IMG/VR virus record: IMGVR_UViG_3300025466_000015
From: a virus
Length of the DNA stretch: 64,000 nt
Direction: 5' to 3' (one strand)
Below, piece by piece: positions 1 through 9,044 of the stretch. A program made the translations under genes and the position numbers. The notes below the pieces were generated by a model, which saw only the letters and a program-made list of their open reading frames with translations, searched no databases and had not been told where the DNA came from. Every line of letters begins with the position of its first letter. Positions within the stretch are counted from its first letter, which is position 1.

Positions 1-2
1 TT

Positions 3-371
3 TTCTTTGTACATGGTGGAACAACAACTGAAGATAGAGAAACAATACGAGCAATCGTGGAGAAAGAAAATGACGCTATTATTGTGGCTTCTTATGGCAC
101 TTTTTCTACAGGCATTAATATTAGGAATTTACATAATGTTATATTTGCCAGCCCAAGTAAAAGCCGAGTTAGAAACCTTCAAAGTATTGGCCGAGCACTT
201 AGAAACTCTACAGGAAAGAGTAAGGCAACACTCTATGATGTTTCAGACGACCTCACATACAAAAAACATATGAATTTTACATTACGGCATTTCGTGGAGA
301 GGGTGAAGATATATAAAGGAGAGCAGTTCTCTTTTAAAATTTACAAGATAGGACTTAAAAATGGAAAGTAA
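3..371 (+). CDS. uvsW: UvsW-type SF2 DNA helicase, C-terminal part (truncated by window start)
   Basis: ASYGTFSTGINIRNLHNVIFASPSKSRVRNLQSIGRALR = helicase motifs V/VI of T4-like UvsW; frame open from position 3. Confidence 0.93.
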   Translation, partial: FFVHGGTTTEDRETIRAIVEKENDAIIVASYGTFSTGINIRNLHNVIFASPSKSRVRNLQSIGRALRNSTGKSKATLYDVSDDLTYKKHMNFTLRHFVERVKIYKGEQFSFKIYKIGLKNGK

Positions 372-762
372 AGATATAAAGATTGTAAGATTAACTTCAG
401 GCGAAGATATCGTATGTGGCTTAATTGAATCTGATGGTACATATTACTTAAAGAATCCTATGGTATTCATTCTCAAAGATACCGGTAAACAATTTGTGTT
501 GATGTTACAGAATTGGTTACCAATGCAAGTTATGAAAATGAATGAAGCAATCATCAAAGCAAAAGATGTCATAGCTGTTTTAGAACCAGATGAAAATTTT
601 ACTGAATATTTTTTGAATGAATCAAGAGAAATGGAAGAAGCTATTGAAGCTAAATTGAATTTGAGAAGCCTTAAAGACATTAAATCGGAAGAATCTGGTG
701 TTAATGATTGGATGAATACATTAGAAGATATGGAAATATCTAAAGGTGATTTATTACATTAA
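361..762 (+). CDS. Conserved T4-like hypothetical protein, possible Sm-like fold
   Basis: IKIVRLTSGEDIVC...LKNPM N-terminus; between uvsW and gp55; resembles ORF 24674..24997. Confidence 0.6.
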   Translation: MESKDIKIVRLTSGEDIVCGLIESDGTYYLKNPMVFILKDTGKQFVLMLQNWLPMQVMKMNEAIIKAKDVIAVLEPDENFTEYFLNESREMEEAIEAKLNLRSLKDIKSEESGVNDWMNTLEDMEISKGDLLH

Positions 763-784
763 TCTTTAAGGGTCTACACCGAGG

Positions 785-813
785 ACTATACTCTATGTCA
801 AGCCTTTTGTCAA
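785..813 (-). promoter_or_regulatory. Antisense sigma70-type promoter TTGACA-17-TATAGT
   Basis: Reverse complement of 785..813 reads TTGACA aaaggcttgacatagag TATAGT. Confidence 0.6.
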
Positions 814-834
814 CAACTTTCTGTGGTATATATT

Positions 835-1377
835 ATGAGCAAACAAAAACATTACATCAACAATGCTGATTTCCTATTGGCCTTAACTGAATACAAGGCT
901 AAAGTGAAAGAGGCAAAGAAACAAAACCTACCTGCACCAGCGATACCAAATTACATCGGTGAATGCTTTATGAAGATAGCGGAAGGTTTATCTCACAAAC
1001 CAAACTTTATCAATTACTCCTACAGAGATGAAATGATATCGGATGGTATTGAGAACTGTTTGATGTACTTTGCCAACTTTGATGAAACCAAATCAAAGAA
1101 TCCGTTTGCTTATTTCACACAAATCATTTACTATGCCTTTCTCCGTAGAATACAGAAGGAGAAGAAACAACTTTATGTGAAATATAAATCCACAGAACTG
1201 GCTGGCATCCTAGATGAGTTTGAGATGTTGGAACATGAAGATGGTACTTCAAGTCAGTTTGAATTGTATGATAACATTTCCGAATTTATCGGTAACTATG
1301 AAGATGCCAAAGCTGCCAAGAAGGCTGAAAAGGCAATTAAAAAACCAAAAGGTCTTGAAAAATTTATTGAGGGGTAA
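835..1377 (+). CDS. gp55: Late transcription sigma factor gp55
   Basis: HYINNADF...IGECFMKIAEGLSHKPNFINYSYRDEMISDGIENC...NPFAYFTQIIYYAFLRRIQKEKKQ. Confidence 0.95.
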   Translation: MSKQKHYINNADFLLALTEYKAKVKEAKKQNLPAPAIPNYIGECFMKIAEGLSHKPNFINYSYRDEMISDGIENCLMYFANFDETKSKNPFAYFTQIIYYAFLRRIQKEKKQLYVKYKSTELAGILDEFEMLEHEDGTSSQFELYDNISEFIGNYEDAKAAKKAEKAIKKPKGLEKFIEG

Positions 1378-1379
1378 TT

Positions 1380-1796
1380 ATGAGAATAGGATTTACTTGT
1401 TCGACTTTTGATTTGTTTCATGCTGGCCATGTGATGATGTTACAAGAAGCTAGAACACAATGTGATTATTTGATTGTTGGATTACAAACCGACCCAACAA
1501 TAGACAGACCAGAAAAGAATAAACCAGTTCAAACATTATTGGAAAGATTCATTCAGGTCAAAGCCTGTAAGTATGTGGATGAAATTGTACCATATTCTAC
1601 CGAAAAAGAATTGATGGACATCTTGACATCCTTCCCAATTGATGTTAGAATCATTGGAGAGGAGTATAGAGATAAACAATTTACTGGTCATAATTTGCCA
1701 TTGGCTGTTTACTTTAACTCTAGACAACACAGTTTCAGTACAACTGAACTTAGACAACGTGTACTACAAGCGAATACTAAAACCACTAAGACATGA
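1380..1796 (+). CDS. Cytidylyltransferase (glycerol-3-phosphate cytidylyltransferase/TagD-like)
   Basis: TFDLFHAGH (HxGH) motif, LIVGLQTD, C-terminal FSTTELR. Confidence 0.88.
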   Translation: MRIGFTCSTFDLFHAGHVMMLQEARTQCDYLIVGLQTDPTIDRPEKNKPVQTLLERFIQVKACKYVDEIVPYSTEKELMDILTSFPIDVRIIGEEYRDKQFTGHNLPLAVYFNSRQHSFSTTELRQRVLQANTKTTKT

Positions 1797-1809
1797 AAGC
1801 ACCAAAATG

Positions 1810-1817
1810 TATAAATA
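1810..1817 (+). promoter_or_regulatory. T4-type late promoter TATAAATA inside an RBS-occluding hairpin
   Basis: Exact TATAAATA starting at the last base of arm CCAAAATGT (1802-1810); partner arm ACATTTTGG (1826-1834) overlaps SD GGAG. Confidence 0.8.
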
Positions 1818-1842
1818 AAAGTATAACATTTTGGAGTAAAAC

Positions 1843-2373
1843 ATGGCCAATCAATTTCCAACATCATCTAAAGAAAATAGATTAAGAGCTATTGCTAATG
1901 GTGAAAAGGTTTATGATGGAATTTCTTGTAAAACCTGCGGATCAACAAAAAAGCATGTGTCTAGTTATAGCTGTGTTTCGTGTAGTACAAAAAGGAATTT
2001 ACCCAAACTATATGACAATGAATTGATGGCCAAATATAGAACGAAAGAAAAAGTAAAATTATACTGGCAAAATAATAAAGATAAAGCGAAAGAAATTGAT
2101 GACCGTTATAATGCGTCAGAAAAAGGTAAAATTGTTAACACAACCAAATCAGCAAAACGTAGAGCTAGAGTAAAAAATCAGTTGCCAACGGATGCAAATT
2201 TTGATATAATAAAAGAGATTTATACAGAATGTCGAAGATTAAGTTTAGAAACAGGAATACCACACGAAGTGGACCACATTATTCCTATTGCTAAAGGTGG
2301 ATTACATCATCAAGACAATTTACAAATTATTAGTATGGTTGAAAACCGTAAAAAAGGTGCAAATATTTTATGA
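1843..2373 (+). CDS. HNH homing endonuclease
   Basis: N-terminal CxxC..CxxC; HEVDHIIPIAKGGLHHQDNLQIISMVENRKKG. Confidence 0.9.
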   Translation: MANQFPTSSKENRLRAIANGEKVYDGISCKTCGSTKKHVSSYSCVSCSTKRNLPKLYDNELMAKYRTKEKVKLYWQNNKDKAKEIDDRYNASEKGKIVNTTKSAKRRARVKNQLPTDANFDIIKEIYTECRRLSLETGIPHEVDHIIPIAKGGLHHQDNLQIISMVENRKKGANIL

Positions 2374-3452
2374 AAGTTGCTATTATTAGCGATCAACACT
2401 TTGGAGCTCGAAACGATTCAACACATTTTTTGGATTATTATGAAAAATTTTATGACGAAACATTTTTTCCTATTATTGATAGCGAACGAATTGATACTGT
2501 TCTTATTCTTGGTGACACTTTTGATAGGCGCAAATATGTAAACTTTTATTCACTCAAGCGAACCAAGGATATGTTCTTTGATAAGTTGGCTGAGAGAAAT
2601 ATTCAAGTTCATATGTTGGCCGGTAACCACGATACTTATTTTAAGAATACCAATGATGTAAACTCTGTGGATTTATTGTTGCGTGAGTATGACAACATCA
2701 ATGTGATTGACTCACCACAAACAATTCACCTAGAATATGAAAACGTATCACATGATGTTTGTATGATACCATGGATTTGTCTTGATAATTATCAACAATG
2801 CTTAGACGAAATTAACAATACATCATCCGATTTATGTATGGGTCACTTTGAAATTGCTGGTTTTGCCATGCATCGTGGTATGCCATCTGAAGAAGGACTA
2901 GACCGTGGAATTTTCAAACGATTTGATTACACTTTCTCTGGTCATTATCACCATAAATCTAATGCTGATGGAATATACTATTTGGGAAATCCTTACGAAC
3001 TCACTTGGCAAGACTTCAATGATCCTCGGGGGTTCCATCTTTTTGATTTGGATAAACGTGAACTTACTTTTATTCATAATCCTAATGTGATGTTTCATAA
3101 ACTAACATATGATGATGTGGCAGAAACAATTGCTGAAATTAGTGCGAAAGACATGGTGCCTTATACTGGCAAATATGTTAAAGTGGTAGTATTGAATAAA
3201 ACTAACCCTTATTTGTTTGACAAATACATGAATAGCCTGTATAATGCTAATCCTATTGATGTGACTATTGCTGAAGATTTTACGGATTATACCGAAGGTC
3301 TAGAAGAAGAAATGGTGGATCAAGCCGAAGATACATTGACTATTCTAAACAAGTATGTTGATGCTATTAAACAGGATAATATTGATAATGGTAGACTCAA
3401 AGGTATATTAAAAGAGTTATACGTTGAAGCTTTGAACTTAGAAACTGCATGA
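2370..3452 (+). CDS. gp47: Recombination endonuclease subunit gp47 (Mre11/SbcD-like)
   Basis: ISDQHFG, LGDTFD, GNHD, GHFE, FSGHYH phosphoesterase motifs; upstream of gp46. Confidence 0.95.
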   Translation: MKVAIISDQHFGARNDSTHFLDYYEKFYDETFFPIIDSERIDTVLILGDTFDRRKYVNFYSLKRTKDMFFDKLAERNIQVHMLAGNHDTYFKNTNDVNSVDLLLREYDNINVIDSPQTIHLEYENVSHDVCMIPWICLDNYQQCLDEINNTSSDLCMGHFEIAGFAMHRGMPSEEGLDRGIFKRFDYTFSGHYHHKSNADGIYYLGNPYELTWQDFNDPRGFHLFDLDKRELTFIHNPNVMFHKLTYDDVAETIAEISAKDMVPYTGKYVKVVVLNKTNPYLFDKYMNSLYNANPIDVTIAEDFTDYTEGLEEEMVDQAEDTLTILNKYVDAIKQDNIDNGRLKGILKELYVEALNLETA

Positions 3453-5182
3453 TAAACTTTCAAACCGTAAGTTGGAAAAACTTTCTTTCTACTGGTGCTT
3501 CAGGTACCGAGATTAGATTGGACAAATCTCCAAACACTTTAATCATTGGCCATAATGGTGCTGGTAAGTCTACTGTGCTTGACGCTTTGTGTTTTGGTTT
3601 GTTTGGTAAACCATTCCGGAAAATAAACAAACCACAGTTGCTTAACTCCATCAATACGAGTGATTGTGTGGTCAACGTTGAATTTTCTATTGGTACAAAA
3701 CAATATAAAGTGATTCGTGGTATCAAACCTAACTTGTTTGAAATATATTGTAATGGTGTTTTGGTGAACCAGGATGCGAAAGCTAAAGACTACCAAGAGC
3801 ATTTAGAAAAGTTTATTCTTAAACTAAACTACAAGTCTTTCACTCAAGTAGTCATCCTTGGTTCAGCTTCTTTTGTTCCGTTCATGCAATTATCTCCTGC
3901 TGATCGTAGAGCCATTATTGAAGACTTGTTAGATATTCAAATCTTCTCGTCTATGAATGGTGTCGTTAAAGATAAGATGGCTGAATTCAAAGAAGAACTG
4001 TCAAAGGTTAAATATGCCATTTCTTTAGCACAAGAAAAGATTAACCTCCAAAAGCAAAACATTGAAGAACACAAACTTGCCAATGAAGAAGAAGTTCAAC
4101 GTAAACGTGATGAAATTGAGACCAATCAATCACAGTTGGAACAATTGACTTTGGATAATGAAAAGATTCAAAAACACATTGACATATTGTCTAAACAAAT
4201 AGGTAACGAAAAGACTTCTTTGGAAGCTAAATCCAAAAAGTTATTACAACTCGAAACCAAGGTTGAAAACAATATTAAAAAGAATGAAAAGGATGTGACC
4301 TTCTATGAATCAAATGACAACTGTCCAACTTGTAAACACCCACTTGAGGAGTCCTTCAAACAACTCCAAATCACCGAGCGAAAAGAAAAACTTACACAAC
4401 AGAAAACGGGTCTTAAGGAAATTGAGAATGAAATCCAAAAACTCTCAGAACGAATGGCAGAAATTGCATCCGTAATAGACAACGTTTCTAAACATAACTC
4501 ACAGATTGTTGCCAATAATTCCACAATAACTTCTATTAGAAAATATATTGACAAGTTAAACCGTGAGATTAAAGAGTTATCTTCCAAGAAAATGAATTTG
4601 GAAGAAGACAATAAAAAATTAATTGAGTTGAAAGCTGAACTGGTTGAATTAAATACAACACATGAGTCATTGTCAACCGAAAGAATGTATTATGATTTTG
4701 CTGCCAACCTATTAAAAGATACAGGCATCAAAACCAAAATCATTAAACAGTACTTACCAATCATGAATAAATTGATTAATAAGTACTTAACGGCAATGGA
4801 CTTTTTTGTTAACTTTAATATTGATGAGAACTTCAATGAAACAATTAAGAGTAGGCATCGTGACGAGTTTTCTTATGCTAATTTTTCCGAAGGAGAAAAA
4901 CAAAAAATAGATTTGGCATTACTATTTACTTGGCGCCAAATTGCTAAATTGAAAAACTCTACGAATACTAATTTGTTAATATTGGATGAGATATTTGATA
5001 GTAGTTTAGATGGTGCTTCGGTAGAATTGTTGATGGGACTGTTGAATGAACTATCACAAGATACCAATGTATTTGTTATCAGCCATAAATCAGACCAACT
5101 ATTTGACAAATTTAGGTCCGTAATTAAATTTACTAAAAAAAATAATTTTTCTATAATTGAAAATAATAAAATTACTAAATAA
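3449..5182 (+). CDS. gp46: Recombination ATPase subunit gp46 (Rad50/SbcC-like)
   Basis: Walker A GHNGAGKST, coiled coil with CPTC hook, FSEGEK signature, LILDEIFD. Confidence 0.96.
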   Translation: MINFQTVSWKNFLSTGASGTEIRLDKSPNTLIIGHNGAGKSTVLDALCFGLFGKPFRKINKPQLLNSINTSDCVVNVEFSIGTKQYKVIRGIKPNLFEIYCNGVLVNQDAKAKDYQEHLEKFILKLNYKSFTQVVILGSASFVPFMQLSPADRRAIIEDLLDIQIFSSMNGVVKDKMAEFKEELSKVKYAISLAQEKINLQKQNIEEHKLANEEEVQRKRDEIETNQSQLEQLTLDNEKIQKHIDILSKQIGNEKTSLEAKSKKLLQLETKVENNIKKNEKDVTFYESNDNCPTCKHPLEESFKQLQITERKEKLTQQKTGLKEIENEIQKLSERMAEIASVIDNVSKHNSQIVANNSTITSIRKYIDKLNREIKELSSKKMNLEEDNKKLIELKAELVELNTTHESLSTERMYYDFAANLLKDTGIKTKIIKQYLPIMNKLINKYLTAMDFFVNFNIDENFNETIKSRHRDEFSYANFSEGEKQKIDLALLFTWRQIAKLKNSTNTNLLILDEIFDSSLDGASVELLMGLLNELSQDTNVFVISHKSDQLFDKFRSVIKFTKKNNFSIIENNKITK

Positions 5183-5208
5183 ATAGTAACGACAACTCAT
5201 TTTCAATT

Positions 5209-5889
5209 ATGAAACCTTATAAAGTATATGAAATAATAAACAAAATCAATGGCCATAACTACATTGGGTATACAAAATTAACATTAACTGAACGTTTTTG
5301 TTTGCATAAAAACGCAAAAACCACTCGTATGCCTGTTGTTTCAGCCATAAAAAAATATGGTGCTGTTAATTTCATTATAAAATTATGTGCTGAGTTTGAT
5401 ACCAAACAGGAAGCTATTAATTATGAAATTAACAAAATATTGGAGTTGAAACCCACTTACAACGTACATTCCGGTGGCACAGGAGGACCAATGTATGGAC
5501 CAATGAATGGAATGTTTGGTAAAAAACACACACAAAAATGGATTGATGAAAAACGAATTAGTATGTTGGGCGAGAAAAATCCCATGTTTAATAAAACACA
5601 TTCCGATAATACAAAAAAAATATTATCTGAACTTAAACAAGGAAATGTTCCATGGAATAAAGGTCTAAGTGGAATATATTCTAAAGATTCTTTGTTAAAA
5701 ATGAAACAACCAAAAACCGAAGAACATAAAAACAAGCTAAAGAAAACCTATCAATTCGTTTCTCCTGCCGGCGAATTGATATTGGTAACAGGATTAACAC
5801 AATTCTGTTTAGAAAATGAGTTGAATAAAGGCGCTATGTCCGAATTATGGTCTGGCAAACGTAAAAATTATAAAGGATGGACAAAATGA
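5209..5889 (+). CDS. GIY-YIG homing endonuclease with NUMOD3 repeats (Seg-like)
   Basis: KVYEIINKINGHNYIGYT; NGMFGKKHT and NPMFNKTHS repeats; VPWNKG. Confidence 0.88.
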   Translation: MKPYKVYEIINKINGHNYIGYTKLTLTERFCLHKNAKTTRMPVVSAIKKYGAVNFIIKLCAEFDTKQEAINYEINKILELKPTYNVHSGGTGGPMYGPMNGMFGKKHTQKWIDEKRISMLGEKNPMFNKTHSDNTKKILSELKQGNVPWNKGLSGIYSKDSLLKMKQPKTEEHKNKLKKTYQFVSPAGELILVTGLTQFCLENELNKGAMSELWSGKRKNYKGWTK

Positions 5890-6467
5890 GTGATATGATT
5901 ACATTTGATACAACAGATGCATTAAAGACTATTGGCCCCACACCAATCATCAACATTTATGATTTGGTTCCTGAAGATGATCCTATTTTAAGAGAACCTA
6001 TACCTGAATTCAACTTCAATAATCCACCAATTAATCCAAATAAGTTTGCTTCGGCTCTTGTTGAGACTTGTAAGAAATATAATGGTTATGGACTATCAGC
6101 TAACCAGTGTGGTTTTAAACATCGTGTATTTGTAGTTGGTGCTGGTGATGATTATGTGGCATTCTTTAATCCTAAAATTGTTGAAACCAAAGGTGAAGTC
6201 CATATGATGGAAGGTTGCCTTTCTTTTCCTATGTTAGGACTACACATTACTAGACCGGCCGAATTGGTTATTGAATATCAGGATTTTAATGGTGCGACTA
6301 GGACTGGACATTATGTTGGTATGACTGCTCGTTGTATCCTCCATGAGCTTGACCACATGAACGGAATAGTGTATACTAGCAAAGCGAAACCACTAGCTTT
6401 GCAAAGTGGTATGAAGAAACGTAATAAAGTTATGAAAATGGTGAAAAAAATCAATGGCAAAAAGTAA
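5886..6467 (+). CDS. def: Peptide deformylase
   Basis: GYGLSANQCG, EGCLSFP, HELDHMNG motifs. Confidence 0.95.
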   Translation: MSDMITFDTTDALKTIGPTPIINIYDLVPEDDPILREPIPEFNFNNPPINPNKFASALVETCKKYNGYGLSANQCGFKHRVFVVGAGDDYVAFFNPKIVETKGEVHMMEGCLSFPMLGLHITRPAELVIEYQDFNGATRTGHYVGMTARCILHELDHMNGIVYTSKAKPLALQSGMKKRNKVMKMVKKINGKK

Positions 6468-7779
6468 AACAACAATTAGTACACTCTTTGGCGAAGAAGA
6501 GGTTTATGTCACTACCAAAAAAATTCCTCCTCTAGAAGAACAATGGGAAATTTGGCAAAATATGAATCGACCAAATTCATTCAAGTCTATTGATGAAAAT
6601 GAATTAAAAGAAATATTACTTAAAGATTTAACTTATGCATCTCAGATGGATGTTCGTGAATATACTTTGTATCAAAAATGGAATGAAGTACATGAAAAAT
6701 ATCCAACCATTAAAAGAAACACTTTTGATGGAAGCAGTGAGATTCAGTTAGTTGATTCAAAACATGAGAATGATATTAAAGAAATTAAAGAAAACATTTG
6801 GGTACCAGAAAGTCCAGATGATTATGCCAATCTACAACCTACGATGATTTTATCCAATGGTCCTTTGGCTGACAAATGGAATACTCTTAGAACTTTCTCC
6901 TCAACAATGAAGAACAATTCTAATATTGGTCGTAATCTATATTACACGGTGATGGATAAAGTGACACAAAAGTATCTTGGTGTTATTTGTATATCGTCTG
7001 ACTTCTTGGATCTCACTCCAAGAGACAATCACATTGGTTGGCCTAAGACAGTCAAGACTCAAGGCAACATGATTAACCATACGGCTATTGGTTCTACGAT
7101 TGTTCCACTACAACCACTTGGTTTTAATTATATGGGTGGCAAATTACTTGCCTTATTATGTTTATCTGATACAGTACAGAATGATTGGAAAAGACAATAT
7201 GAAGACACGCTTGTTGGTGTTACTACCACTTCTTTATATGGCAACACTAAAGCCGGTGGCCTTTCTCAGTATGATGGTCTTGATTACTGGAATCCTATGG
7301 GTTTCACATCTGGATCCGTAGCATTTGATCCTTCAAAACAAACTATGAAAATGGTCTTTGATTGGATTAAAGAAAACCACACACGCAAATACTTTGAGTG
7401 GTGGGAAGCCAAAAAGGAGACTGGTCTGCCTTTCAAACGTGACCATAAAAACCGTTCATTACATTTTGCTTATAGTAAATTAAAAATACCTAAAAACTTA
7501 ATTCGTTGTGAACATGCTCGTGGAATTTATTTCTCTCCTTTATATAACAATACTTGTGAATATTTAAGAAAAGAAATAGGAGATGACCAATTGATTAAAT
7601 CCTTTGATACGAGCGAGGAAGCTTTGACAAACATTTGGAAAACCAAGTTTGCCAAACCGAGAATAAGACAATTACAAAAGAAAAACAAAGTATCCACGGA
7701 ATCTTTGTTCTATGATGACTTGATATATTTGTCTTGGGAGGAAACTAAGACAAAATATTTACCACAGGTTGGTAGATAA
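6454..7779 (+). CDS. DUF4338 (DruA-like) family protein, paralog 1
   Basis: GRNLYY..LGVICISS..PRD..IGW..IVPLQPLGFNYMGGKLLALL..TTSLYG..SQYDG. Confidence 0.7.
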   Translation: MAKSKTTISTLFGEEEVYVTTKKIPPLEEQWEIWQNMNRPNSFKSIDENELKEILLKDLTYASQMDVREYTLYQKWNEVHEKYPTIKRNTFDGSSEIQLVDSKHENDIKEIKENIWVPESPDDYANLQPTMILSNGPLADKWNTLRTFSSTMKNNSNIGRNLYYTVMDKVTQKYLGVICISSDFLDLTPRDNHIGWPKTVKTQGNMINHTAIGSTIVPLQPLGFNYMGGKLLALLCLSDTVQNDWKRQYEDTLVGVTTTSLYGNTKAGGLSQYDGLDYWNPMGFTSGSVAFDPSKQTMKMVFDWIKENHTRKYFEWWEAKKETGLPFKRDHKNRSLHFAYSKLKIPKNLIRCEHARGIYFSPLYNNTCEYLRKEIGDDQLIKSFDTSEEALTNIWKTKFAKPRIRQLQKKNKVSTESLFYDDLIYLSWEETKTKYLPQVGR

Positions 7780-7800
7780 ACAAGTATACCGCAAGGATGC

Positions 7801-7829
7801 TTGACAAGTGTACTATATAATTGTATAAT
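7801..7829 (+). promoter_or_regulatory. Consensus sigma70 (early) promoter TTGACA-17-TATAAT
   Basis: Perfect hexamers and spacing. Confidence 0.88.
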
Positions 7830-7885
7830 ACACACATCTCATAATGATGTGAGATTTTTTTGAAACTTTATTATTAGGAGTCCTT

Positions 7886-8155
7886 ATGACTAAATTATCC
7901 GCAAAGCAAAAAATGTTGAACGCTCTCAAGCAATCTGAGGGATACAACACTTTCACAGTTGCTCAAGCACAACGCCGTTTCGGTATCAGCAATGTTTCTG
8001 CTCGTATCGAGGAACTTCGCAAAGAAGGTCATTGCATTTACACCAATTACAAGCGTAATACTGATGGTGTTAAAGTTGCCTCTTATCGTCTAGGCACACC
8101 AACAAAAGCTTTGGTTCAAGCTGCCGTTAGATCCGGTTACAGCTTCAATGCTTAA
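7886..8155 (+). CDS. Small winged-HTH DNA-binding protein
   Basis: FTVAQAQRRFGISNVSARIEELRKEGHCI; SD AGGAG; own promoter and terminator. Confidence 0.7.
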   Translation: MTKLSAKQKMLNALKQSEGYNTFTVAQAQRRFGISNVSARIEELRKEGHCIYTNYKRNTDGVKVASYRLGTPTKALVQAAVRSGYSFNA

Positions 8156-8176
8156 TCCTTTGGCGTGACATTTGTG

Positions 8177-8206
8177 AGGAGTTCACCGAAAGGTGACTCC
8201 TTTTTT
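8177..8206 (+). terminator. Rho-independent terminator
   Basis: AGGAG(T)TCACC-GAAA-GGTGACTCCT followed by T run. Confidence 0.85.
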
Positions 8207-8225
8207 ATTTTATTATGGAGTTTAG

Positions 8226-9044
8226 ATGGAAATTTCAATCAAAAAAGAAGACCTACAAACAAAAAGTATCTTTGTAGCTACTCCAATGTACGGTGGTATG
8301 AACCACGGTCTCTATGCAAAGGCCTGTCTAGACTTACAAGCACTTTGTATTCAATACGGAGTGAACATCAAATTCTCATTCCTATTCAACGAATCTCTTA
8401 TCACAAGAGCTCGTAACTACCTTGTGGACGAATTCTTACATCGTTCAGATTGTACTCATCTATTGTTTTTGGATTCAGACATTCACTTTGATCCAAGAGA
8501 TGTTATTGCTATGTTAGCACTCGACAAAGATGTTATTGGTGGTCCTTATCCTAAGAAAGCCATCAAGTGGAGATCAGTCAAGAAAGCTATTGAAAAGAAT
8601 CCAGATATTGATCCACAAACTCTAGAAAAAGTGACCGGTGATTATGTGTTTAATCCTGTTAAAGGTACAGCACAATTTACTGTTACAGAACCCCTAGAAG
8701 TTATGGAAATCGGTACTGGTTACATGATGGTAAATCGTGATGTATTCCCTAGAATGGAAGAAGCATATCCGATGATTCGATACAAACCAGATCACGTTGG
8801 TCAAGCCAACTTTGATGGTTCACGTTACATTCATGCTTTCTTTGATACAGTTATTGATTCTGTTGATTCAATTACAGGTGGTGGTTCTGAACGTTATCTA
8901 AGTGAAGATTATATGTTCTGCCAAATGTTCCGTAAAATTGGTGGACAAATCTACTTGTGTCCATGGATGAGAACAGATCACATTGGCACATATCACTTTA
9001 AAGGAGATATGCCTGCTGTCGCTAATTTTGTTGGAGAAATGTGA
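8226..9044 (+). CDS. GT-A fold glycosyltransferase-like protein
   Basis: IFVATPMYGG, ESLITRARN, LLFLDSDI (DxD), GTGYMM, LSEDYMFC. Confidence 0.75.
   Translation: MEISIKKEDLQTKSIFVATPMYGGMNHGLYAKACLDLQALCIQYGVNIKFSFLFNESLITRARNYLVDEFLHRSDCTHLLFLDSDIHFDPRDVIAMLALDKDVIGGPYPKKAIKWRSVKKAIEKNPDIDPQTLEKVTGDYVFNPVKGTAQFTVTEPLEVMEIGTGYMMVNRDVFPRMEEAYPMIRYKPDHVGQANFDGSRYIHAFFDTVIDSVDSITGGGSERYLSEDYMFCQMFRKIGGQIYLCPWMRTDHIGTYHFKGDMPAVANFVGEM

Noticed and set aside
6454-7779. Complete Druantia defence system
   Set aside because: Only DruA-like domains are present; no DruE helicase or other dru genes, and the two copies are 23 kb apart
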